A DNA stretch of 64,000 nt, from contig JBAXLJ010000003.1 in NCBI GenBank assembly GCA_037134915.1, positions 11,118 to 75,117 of the forward strand, read 5' to 3'. The translations under genes were made by a program, and so were the position numbers. This stretch comes from Candidatus Falkowbacteria bacterium. Its GTDB lineage: Bacteria; Patescibacteriota; Patescibacteriia; Patescibacteriales; UBA12465. Positions within the stretch are counted from its first letter, which is position 1; each line of letters opens with the position of its first letter. The notes below the pieces were generated by a model. That model was not told the origin of the DNA. It was given only the letters and a program-made list of their open reading frames with translations, and did no database searches. This document shows positions 1-7,237 of the stretch, in pieces.

Positions 1-31
1 TAAAACCTGCCCTAAGGCAGATTCAAACTTT

Positions 32-769
32 ATGAAAAAATCTCAATTAGCTCTAGCGATCTTAATAATTTTGGCCGTTACCGCCATTGTTATTTACGCT
101 CTTTTCACGGTTAAACAAAACAATAGCCAGGATCGTTTTTCCGTAGTCGGTTCTGGTACGGTTTACGCCAAAGCCGACATTGCCAACATTGAAGTCGGGC
201 TCAAAACCGATACCAAAAAGACCGCGGCTGAGGCGACCACTGAAAGTAATGACAAAATGAATAAAATCGTTAACGAGCTTAAGAAACTAAATATTGAAGA
301 TAAAGATATTAAAACTTCTAATTACAGCTTGAACCCCGTTTATAATTGGACCAACGTTAAAGGTCAGGAACTAGTGGGCTATGAAGTTACTCAAACCCTA
401 ACTTTAAAAATTAGAGATCTCAACCGAATTGGCGACGTAATCGCTAAAACCACTGAGCAGGGAGCCAATCAAATCGGTAATATTAATTTTACTATTGATG
501 ATGAATTTGCTTTAAAGAATCAAGCTAGGGAACTCGCTATTGCTAAAGCTCAAGAGAAAGCGATGTTAATCGCTAAACAATCCGGCATGAAACTAGGTGA
601 AGTTAAAAGTGTTTATGAAAACGCCGAACCAGTCGTTAGTCCAATAATGTACTCTAATGCCAAAATGGATGCTAGTGTTGGCGGCGCAATATCGGTCTCA
701 ACACCAGATATTCAGTCCGGGCAAAATGAAATAAAAGTTGATGTTACCTTAGTTTATGAAGTAAAATAG
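32..769 (+). CDS. SIMPL/DUF541-family membrane-anchored or secreted protein
   Basis: 245-aa ORF. N-terminal hydrophobic anchor (LALAILIILAVTAIVIYALF), then the pattern I recognise from DUF541/SIMPL proteins (GTVYAKADIANIEVGL, NINFTIDD, ARELAIAKAQEKA, IKVDVTLVYEV). Confidence 0.7.
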   Translation: MKKSQLALAILIILAVTAIVIYALFTVKQNNSQDRFSVVGSGTVYAKADIANIEVGLKTDTKKTAAEATTESNDKMNKIVNELKKLNIEDKDIKTSNYSLNPVYNWTNVKGQELVGYEVTQTLTLKIRDLNRIGDVIAKTTEQGANQIGNINFTIDDEFALKNQARELAIAKAQEKAMLIAKQSGMKLGEVKSVYENAEPVVSPIMYSNAKMDASVGGAISVSTPDIQSGQNEIKVDVTLVYEVK

Positions 770-814
770 AAAGACTAACTTGCCTTTTTTGCGTTTTTGT
801 GTTAGATTCTGCTT

Positions 815-2185
815 ATGTTAAAGAAAGCTGCTAAAATAAAAAAAAATCGGGATTCAGATGGCGATGGGCTATCCGATTTTGATGAAATTAATTATTTTGG
901 TTCTGACCCCTATAATGCCGATTCTGATGGTGACGGAATTGAAGACGGGGAAGCAGTTTTAAATGGCCAAGACCCTGTCGGTGGTGGATACTTGAAGGAT
1001 TTTTTTATTCCTCATCAGGGCAACAATTATAAACCCAAGTCTCTCCATCCTAAAAGATTATTGTTTCACGCTGGCGGCGCTTTGCTAGTCAAGTTAATTG
1101 TGATTTTACTAGTGGTTTTTTATCCCTTGGCCGCTTGGATGACCCCCGATATTTCTAAAGAAGAGGGTGCTAAAATAATTGCTCTAACAAATAATTTAAG
1201 GGCTAGCCTATCTTTGGATGCCTTAAAGGAAAATTCTAAATTAGACCAAGCCGCTAGCGGTAAAGTTGAGGACATGTTAATTAATCAGTACTTCGCTCAT
1301 TTAAGTCCCCAGGGTTTCAATTTAGAGTATTTTCTAAAATTAGCAGCTTACAATAATTACGCGGCGGTTGGAGAAAATTTGGCCATGGGTTACAGTAATG
1401 CAAGTGACGTGATGTCAGCCTGGGAAAAAAGCCCCACTCATTATAGTAATTTAGTGGATACTAACTTTAAAGAAATCGGCGTTGCCTTAGCTGGTGGCCC
1501 ATATTCAGGACGAGATACAATCTTTATTGCTCAGTACTTTGGCTTACTAAAAGAAGGTAATCAGCCGGAGACTAAAAAAATAGAAACAACTAGACTGGCG
1601 GATAAAATCTCCACCCCCGGAACGCCAACTGTTTTATCTGATAAGATCGAAGAGAAGCCTGTTTTAATCGCCAAGAATACTAAAGTTATCGTTAATAAGC
1701 CGGCTGGAGTTAAAAATGAACAAATAGTTAAAGTTGAGGCTACTTTACCACCTGATACCAAAACCGCCAGCCTTGAGGTATTAAACAACCAAATATCATT
1801 AACTCCCAGCGTTCAAGTCAGCTCTACCACCGAAACTAAATGGACCGGTCAAGCGGTTATCCAAAACAGTGGCCAGTCCGTAACTCCACCGATAATCACA
1901 ATTAGCCGTACCAGTGGGGAAATACAAAAAACTGAGGTTCCAAATAATAATATCAGCCCTCAAAAAACTTCAATTGCGAGTCAGTATTGGCTGTTTAAAA
2001 ACCACCCCCACAATGGCTTAGAAAAAGTTTTTGACATCAGTTCAATATATTTTAAAATCCTTTTAGCCTTAACTATTTTGGCTTTATTATTAAATATTTT
2101 CATTAAAATTAAGAAGCAACATCCTCGACTTATTTTCTCGGGCCTCGGTTTAATTCTGCTCTTAATTATTATGATTATCTTCTAA
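815..2185 (+). CDS. CAP/SCP (YkwD-like) domain protein with N-terminal thrombospondin-type-3-like Ca-binding repeats and C-terminal TM helices
   Basis: 456-aa ORF. DSDGDGLSDFDE / DSDGDGIEDGE acidic repeats. CAP-domain motifs (YFAHLSPQG, GENLAMGY, AWEKSPTHYSNL, EIGVA). Hydrophobic C-terminus (ILLALTILALLLNIF, GLGLILLLIIMIIF). Confidence 0.7.
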   Translation: MLKKAAKIKKNRDSDGDGLSDFDEINYFGSDPYNADSDGDGIEDGEAVLNGQDPVGGGYLKDFFIPHQGNNYKPKSLHPKRLLFHAGGALLVKLIVILLVVFYPLAAWMTPDISKEEGAKIIALTNNLRASLSLDALKENSKLDQAASGKVEDMLINQYFAHLSPQGFNLEYFLKLAAYNNYAAVGENLAMGYSNASDVMSAWEKSPTHYSNLVDTNFKEIGVALAGGPYSGRDTIFIAQYFGLLKEGNQPETKKIETTRLADKISTPGTPTVLSDKIEEKPVLIAKNTKVIVNKPAGVKNEQIVKVEATLPPDTKTASLEVLNNQISLTPSVQVSSTTETKWTGQAVIQNSGQSVTPPIITISRTSGEIQKTEVPNNNISPQKTSIASQYWLFKNHPHNGLEKVFDISSIYFKILLALTILALLLNIFIKIKKQHPRLIFSGLGLILLLIIMIIF

Positions 2186-2208
2186 AGAAACTAAAATTTC
2201 CTCAAAAA

Positions 2209-2238
2209 ATTGCCACCTCAAAAATGGCGATTTTTTTT
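2209..2238 (+). terminator. Rho-independent terminator after the CAP-domain gene
   Basis: attgcca (2209-2215) pairs with tggcgat (2225-2231), including one G-U. Followed by T8 (2231-2238). Confidence 0.55.
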
Positions 2239-2613
2239 ATTTTAATTAGATAGACTATTTACTTTTTTTTAATTTGGGTGTAATATTAAAGTCCGCTTGA
2301 GACGGTTATCAATTCTGATTCGGCAAACAAAATTACATTTTTACAAATTTATATATCTTAATTTAGTTAACAACCTTGCACTTCACAAAATAATTTATTT
2401 CATTGTATGGTCCAGCGTTTACGGAAAAACGCTCCGGAATCCGGTTTAGAAATCTTAAATTTCTAACGACAATTTTAAATAAAGTTTTGGACAAAAAAAG
2501 TCGTAATGGTTAGATCTAAAAGTGGTTCTTTAAAAATAAAAAAGCTGTAATTAACTTAATGGGTATCTCTAATATTATCCAATAAATTTATTAGAAAATA
2601 CCCCCAAAATATT

Positions 2614-5600
2614 ATGAAAAAAAATAAAACAGTTGGTTTTACAACCATACTGCTTCTGCTCGGGCTAATTGTGTCAAGCAGTGCTTTAGCTGTTGTCCCG
2701 CCACCGCCTTCGCAGGGGCCAAATAACGGTTCAAGTTTTGCTGGCAATATTTCAGCTCCATCGGGAAATGCCGATTGGGCTAATGCCAACCGCGTAGCAA
2801 CCTCGGATAATAGTTACGCCACTGTAACTATTACGAGTTCAGGCGATGTGAGTAATTATTTGCGAGTCAGTGGCTTTAATTTTAATATTCCCGCTGGAGC
2901 AACCATTAAAGGTATTTTAGCCAATATCGAAAAAAGTGATTTTAGTACTGTTGGGACCTCCCATATTACCGATCACGTCGTTAGCTTGGTTAAAAATAAC
3001 GTCGTCACCGGTAACAATAAAGCTAGTCTGTCTAATTGGACCGGATCCGATGCTACCTCAACTTATGGCAGCACATCTGATCTTTGGGGAAGCACTTGGA
3101 CACCATCTGACATAAATAATGCCAATTTCGGCCTGGTTTTGTCGGTCGGTCGAACTTCAGGAGGAGATAAACAAGCCCGAGTTGATCATGTTAGCTTAGT
3201 TGTTTATTATACACCTGACACCACCGCTCCAACTTCAACAATTACTGCTCCGGAAACTGGTAGCCTGCTTAAAGGAGTTGTTAATTTAACGGCCACTTCC
3301 AGCGATAGTGAGTCGGGGGTAGCCAAAGTTGAATTTTGGCACGCTAGCCCAGTAAATGTAAAAATTGGGGAAGCGACCACTTCGCCTTATTCTATTAATT
3401 TAGATACTAGTACCATGACCGATGGTGCTCACGACATTTGGGTTGAAGCTTATGATAAAGCCGGAAACCACGCCACCTCGGCCGCCATTTCAGTCACCAT
3501 TGATAATACGGCGCCCACTCTGCATCTGCCGGAAAATATTAGCCTGGAGGCTACTAATCATGACGGAGAACTGATAAACTTCGAAACTAGCGCCTCTGAC
3601 GTTAATCCTGAAAGTCCCGCTGTAACCTGCGACCCGATATCTGGTTCAACTTTTAAGGTTGGCACCACGACTATTAGTTGTATGGCCACTGATACCGCCG
3701 GAAATGTTGCTACTGGAACTTTTACAATTGAAGTCAAAGACACCACTAAACCAATTATCACTCCCCCTGAAAATCAAACTTTTGAAGCCACTGGACCCTT
3801 AACTACTCCAATTGGTTTGATTCAAGCTACTTCCACCGATATTGCTGACATCAATCCGGTAATTAACCACACCCCCACCGAATTTCCATTGGGTGACACT
3901 GAGGTCACTTGGACAGCAACAGACGCTTCCGGAAACCAAGCCAGCGCCACTTCCTCAGTAACCATTACCGACACCACGGCGCCACTTATTAGTTTAATCG
4001 GTAATAATCCTTTTGATATGTATATTAATAAGGATTATTCAGTCTTAAATCCAGAACCGGATTATACCGTTTCTGATTTAGTAGACGGTGACAATATTAC
4101 TGGACACGTAGCAGTCACTGTAACCGGAAAAGATTTTGACAATACGGTTTTAGGTTCTCACGCAATAACTTATAGTGCCGTTGATTTATCAGGTAACAGG
4201 ACTACAAGCACCCGAATTGTTAATATCGTTAATACTGATCGACCAATTATCTATCGTAAAGGTTTAAGTCCGGTGACTGTAGAAAGAGGCACAACTTATG
4301 TTGATGCCGGCGCCACCGCAACCGATAGAGATGGTTCCGATATTACTTCACTTATCAAGACCAATATCGAAACTGCGCCGATAGACACTAGTGTCGTTGG
4401 GACTTCAACCGTAACCTACGATGTCACTGGAGCCGATTTAGGCGAATACACCGGCACCTCAACGGCTGACCAAGCCAAGAGAATTGTCCGGGTGATTGAT
4501 ACGACTGCCCCAACAGCGACAGTTGATTATTCGCCAGCCACTCCGACCAACGGCCATGTTACGGCAACTATTACTCCTGACGAACCAGTAACAATTACTA
4601 ATAACGAGGGGTCAAACACTTATACTTTTACAGATAACGGCTCTTTCACTTTCAATTTTGTTGATCCTTCAGGAAACACCGGTAGCACAACCGCAACCGT
4701 TACTAATATTGATAGAGAAAGTCCAACCATTAATTCTGTTCAAGCTATTAGTTCTACGACCGTTGAGGTTATCTTTAATGAGGACTTGCAAAATAACTTA
4801 GAGGGGCACCACCCCGCCATCTCTGATTTCAACATCTATAATGATTTAGATAAATCAAATAATTTAGATGAAGGCGATGCGTCTTACGGAATTAGTAATG
4901 TAAGTTATGATCTAAAAAAAGCCACGCTAACGCTAACCGAACCTCTAAAACCAGGCGATACTCCAAGACTATATGTTACCCCTGAAGACACCACTCTAAT
5001 TGATATTGCGGGCAACTTATTCAATCACGGAGCTAGTTTTGACACCAGCGTGAGCGACAAAATCATTCCCGTTTTAACTTTAATCGGAAATAATCCAATT
5101 AATCTAACGGTGGGTGATACTTACACCGAACAAGGGGCCACTTCGACTGATATCTTTAGCGGCGTCACGGAACCAATCAATATTTCTGGTACCGTCAACA
5201 CTAACACCGCTGGAGTTTATACGATCACCTATAGCGTCGCTGATACGGCCAGTAACACCGCAGCGGAAATAACCAGAACGATTAATGTGGCCGCAAGAAT
5301 ACCTTCTGGCGGGGGCGGAGGCGGCGGCGGAGGAGGAAGCTCCTTTGTGTCAACTTTCAATGCTCCAACCGGCGGATTTCAGATTGTTATCAACAATGGT
5401 GATTTAGATACCAACGCCACTAGTGTGAATCTGAAATTAAACGGCGGCACAGCGACTCGAATGTCTATCTCTAATATCAATGATTTTAGTAATAGCTCTC
5501 AAGAAGCCTACGCTGACACTAAATCCTGGCAATTACTACCTGGGGCAGGCCTAAAAACAGTCTACGCTAAATTCTTTGATTTAAATGGCACGGCTTCGGC

Positions 5601-5994
5601 GGTGGTAAAAGATGATATCTTGCTAAACGATAATAGTAATCCCATAATTACTACTCCTCCGACACAACAAGTCTTAGGAGAGAAGAAATATGCCGACGGC
5701 ACACTGCTTAAAAATCATAACCGAATTTATGTAGTTACCGGTGGCAAATTATTATACATCCCTAACTTAAAAGAATTGGCTAAATATCACGGCCCAATTC
5801 TTAAAGTTGACGATTCGGTAATTAATTCTTTTGTTCAGCTTTATCCTAACGGCACCTTACTTCGTGCCCAAGACGATGTTAAAATTTATGTCATTTTAAA
5901 TGGTCATAAAGTGCATCTAAAAACGATGGCTGAATTAAGAAAATATCGAGGCCCAATAATTGTCGTCACCCCTGACGAGCTAAATAATTATTAA
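2614..5994 (+). CDS. Giant secreted surface protein with tandem Ig-like/HYR/DUF5011-like modules (putative adhesin or S-layer-associated)
   Basis: 1126-aa ORF. Signal peptide (TTILLLLGLIVSSSALA). Repeated DTTAP/DNTAP/DTTKP module boundaries. HYR-like blocks (TCDPISGSTFKVGTTTISCMATDTAGNVATGTFTIEV; GDTEVTWTATDASGNQASAT). DUF5011-like blocks (LIGNNPINLTVGDTYTEQGATSTD ... AGVYTITYSVADTASN). Gly10 linker. Duplicated ~50-aa C-terminal module. Confidence 0.75.
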   Translation: MKKNKTVGFTTILLLLGLIVSSSALAVVPPPPSQGPNNGSSFAGNISAPSGNADWANANRVATSDNSYATVTITSSGDVSNYLRVSGFNFNIPAGATIKGILANIEKSDFSTVGTSHITDHVVSLVKNNVVTGNNKASLSNWTGSDATSTYGSTSDLWGSTWTPSDINNANFGLVLSVGRTSGGDKQARVDHVSLVVYYTPDTTAPTSTITAPETGSLLKGVVNLTATSSDSESGVAKVEFWHASPVNVKIGEATTSPYSINLDTSTMTDGAHDIWVEAYDKAGNHATSAAISVTIDNTAPTLHLPENISLEATNHDGELINFETSASDVNPESPAVTCDPISGSTFKVGTTTISCMATDTAGNVATGTFTIEVKDTTKPIITPPENQTFEATGPLTTPIGLIQATSTDIADINPVINHTPTEFPLGDTEVTWTATDASGNQASATSSVTITDTTAPLISLIGNNPFDMYINKDYSVLNPEPDYTVSDLVDGDNITGHVAVTVTGKDFDNTVLGSHAITYSAVDLSGNRTTSTRIVNIVNTDRPIIYRKGLSPVTVERGTTYVDAGATATDRDGSDITSLIKTNIETAPIDTSVVGTSTVTYDVTGADLGEYTGTSTADQAKRIVRVIDTTAPTATVDYSPATPTNGHVTATITPDEPVTITNNEGSNTYTFTDNGSFTFNFVDPSGNTGSTTATVTNIDRESPTINSVQAISSTTVEVIFNEDLQNNLEGHHPAISDFNIYNDLDKSNNLDEGDASYGISNVSYDLKKATLTLTEPLKPGDTPRLYVTPEDTTLIDIAGNLFNHGASFDTSVSDKIIPVLTLIGNNPINLTVGDTYTEQGATSTDIFSGVTEPINISGTVNTNTAGVYTITYSVADTASNTAAEITRTINVAARIPSGGGGGGGGGGSSFVSTFNAPTGGFQIVINNGDLDTNATSVNLKLNGGTATRMSISNINDFSNSSQEAYADTKSWQLLPGAGLKTVYAKFFDLNGTASAVVKDDILLNDNSNPIITTPPTQQVLGEKKYADGTLLKNHNRIYVVTGGKLLYIPNLKELAKYHGPILKVDDSVINSFVQLYPNGTLLRAQDDVKIYVILNGHKVHLKTMAELRKYRGPIIVVTPDELNNY
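5308..5337 (+). repeat. In-frame run of 10 glycine codons (low-complexity linker) in the giant surface protein
   Basis: ggc ggg ggc gga ggc ggc ggc gga gga gga, read in the gene's frame (5308-2614 is divisible by 3). Confidence 0.9.
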
Positions 5995-6010
5995 GCTAAA
6001 GATAAAACAA

Positions 6011-6040
6011 AAAACCGTCTCTTAACTGGACGGTTTTTTG
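6011..6040 (+). terminator. Rho-independent terminator after the giant surface-protein gene
   Basis: accgtc (6014-6019) pairs with gacggt (6029-6034). Followed by a T-run to 6039. Confidence 0.7.
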
Positions 6041-6054
6041 TTTTAAAACGGGTA

Positions 6055-6083
6055 TTGACAGTTAACCATAAGTTAGCTAATAT
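6055..6083 (+). promoter_or_regulatory. Sigma70-type promoter for rplJ-rplL
   Basis: TTGACA (6055-6060), 17-nt spacer, TAATAT (6078-6083). Confidence 0.6.
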
Positions 6084-6089
6084 ATTATC

Positions 6090-6196
6090 AACTTAATAAG
6101 CCACAGACCGCAAGCATTCAAATAAGTCTCGCGATAGGCCAAATCAATAATCTCTTTGGATTATCTTGGAAATCTGTGTCTTAGCACAGTTTTTTT
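6090..6196 (+). ncRNA. Candidate ribosomal-protein L10 leader (attenuator) upstream of rplJ
   Basis: ~130-nt untranslated leader between promoter and rplJ. Terminator-like hairpin ctgtg/cacag (6174-6189) plus T7 (6190-6196). Upstream cacaga (about 6102-6107) can instead pair with tctgtg (6173-6178), which would give an antiterminator. Confidence 0.4.
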
Positions 6197-6222
6197 ATTT
6201 ATAGCTAATTAAAATAAAAAGT

Positions 6223-6747
6223 ATGCCTAAAAGTAAGATTCAAAAACAAGAAATCTTGCGAAATCTAACGGAGCGGATTAAAAAGTCCAAATCTATTGTT
6301 TTCGCGGGTTTCAATGCTTTAGGGGTTCATGACAACGAGGCTTTACGCGCCAAATTACGCGACGTAAATGGCGAATACTATGTCGCCAAAAAAACCTTAT
6401 TAGAACGAGCTCTTAAAGAACAGGGAACCTTAAATTTAGACACCAAAACCCTTGATGGTAAGTTGGCAGTAATCTTCTCTTATGAAGACGAAGTCTCCCC
6501 AGCTAAAGCGGTTGACGCTTTCCGTAAAGATAAAGAAGATAAAATCTTTTTCTTAGGCGGCATCTTAGAAGGTAAATTACTTTCTAAGACAGAAGTCGAA
6601 GCTCTAGCCAAACTTCCTAGCAAGCAAGAATTGTTGTCCAGATTGGTTGGTACTCTTAATGCGCCTGTTTCCGGTTTTGTTAACGTTTTAGCCGGTAACT
6701 TACGTGGCCTGGTCACGGTGCTTAAAGCGATCGAAGAAAAAAAATAA
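6223..6747 (+). CDS. rplJ: 50S ribosomal protein L10
   Basis: 174-aa ORF with typical L10 sequence ([34 protein letters not shown]). Lies immediately upstream of L7/L12. Confidence 0.95.
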   Translation: MPKSKIQKQEILRNLTERIKKSKSIVFAGFNALGVHDNEALRAKLRDVNGEYYVAKKTLLERALKEQGTLNLDTKTLDGKLAVIFSYEDEVSPAKAVDAFRKDKEDKIFFLGGILEGKLLSKTEVEALAKLPSKQELLSRLVGTLNAPVSGFVNVLAGNLRGLVTVLKAIEEKK

Positions 6748-6772
6748 TTTATTAAAATTTAATTTTAAAACT

Positions 6773-7168
6773 ATGGAAGATCAAAAAGAAGTTGTAGTAC
6801 CTGAAAAATTTCAGGACTTAGTAAGCAAAATCGAAAAAATGAGTGTTTTAGATTTAGCTGAACTTGTAAAAATCTTAGAAGAGAAATTTGGTGTTTCTGC
6901 TTCTGCTCCAGCTATGATGATGGCTGCTGCTCCAGCAGCTGCCGAAGCTGAAGTAAAAGACAGCTTTGATGTAGAACTCACTGATGGTGGCGCAACTAAA
7001 ATTGCGGTTATCAAAGTTGTTCGTTCAATCACTGAATTAGGTCTTAAAGAAGCTAAAGATTTAGTTGATGGTGCTCCAAAAATCGTTCGCGAAGGCTTAA
7101 AGAAAGATGAAGCCGAAAAGATTAAGAAAGAATTAGAAGAAGCGGGCGCTAAAGTAACTTTGAAGTAA
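6773..7168 (+). CDS. rplL: 50S ribosomal protein L7/L12
   Basis: Start moved to the ATG at 6773 (MEDQKEVV...). The track's 6704 start overlaps the rplJ end. Ala-rich hinge ([10 protein letters not shown]) and conserved C-terminal domain ([27 protein letters not shown]...EAGAKVTLK). Confidence 0.95.
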   Translation: MEDQKEVVVPEKFQDLVSKIEKMSVLDLAELVKILEEKFGVSASAPAMMMAAAPAAAEAEVKDSFDVELTDGGATKIAVIKVVRSITELGLKEAKDLVDGAPKIVREGLKKDEAEKIKKELEEAGAKVTLK

Positions 7169-7190
7169 AATACTCCTGACTATAAATAAA

Positions 7191-7216
7191 AAACACGGTT
7201 AACGCCGTGTTTTTTA
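7191..7216. terminator. Bidirectional terminator between convergent rplL and the 776-aa gene
   Basis: A-run, acacgg (7193-7198) pairs with ccgtgt (7205-7210), T-run 7211-7216. Confidence 0.7.
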
Positions 7217-7237
7217 TTATGCAAATTTTAAGATAAA

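Noticed and set aside
1561-1788. Track ORFs lying antisense to, or out of frame inside, well-supported genes. Examples: 1561-1788(-), 2556-2789(-), 3558-3761(-), 6480-6716(-), 6811-7032(-), 11095-11289(-), 15089-15292(-), 15695-15922(+), 23009-23215(+), 24086-24310(-), 24425-24688(-), 26166-26351(-), 27419-27625(+), 27656-27886(+), 28283-28540(+), 29621-29839(+), 30086-30307(+), 31755-31991(+), 32407-32619(+), 35124-35306(+), 35552-35734(+), 36194-36436(+), 37925-38155(+), 39961-40215(+), 41101-41364(+), 47270-47482(+), 47864-48172(+), 49542-49751(+), 52080-52337(+), 52956-53138(+), 54938-55216(-), 54967-55335(+), 55997-56299(-), 58842-59171(+), 62279-62497(+).
   Set aside because: Each is fully or largely overlapped by a longer ORF with recognisable family motifs. 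Their translations are low-complexity, Ser/Leu/Ile/Phe/Lys-rich mirror-frame sequences with no motifs, start context or terminators of their own.
5308-5337. Gly10-coding GGN run as a possible assembly artefact or phase-variation tract.
   Set aside because: It uses mixed codons (ggc/ggg/gga), so it is not a slippage-prone homopolymer or perfect triplet repeat, and it keeps the frame. I treat it as a flexible linker.
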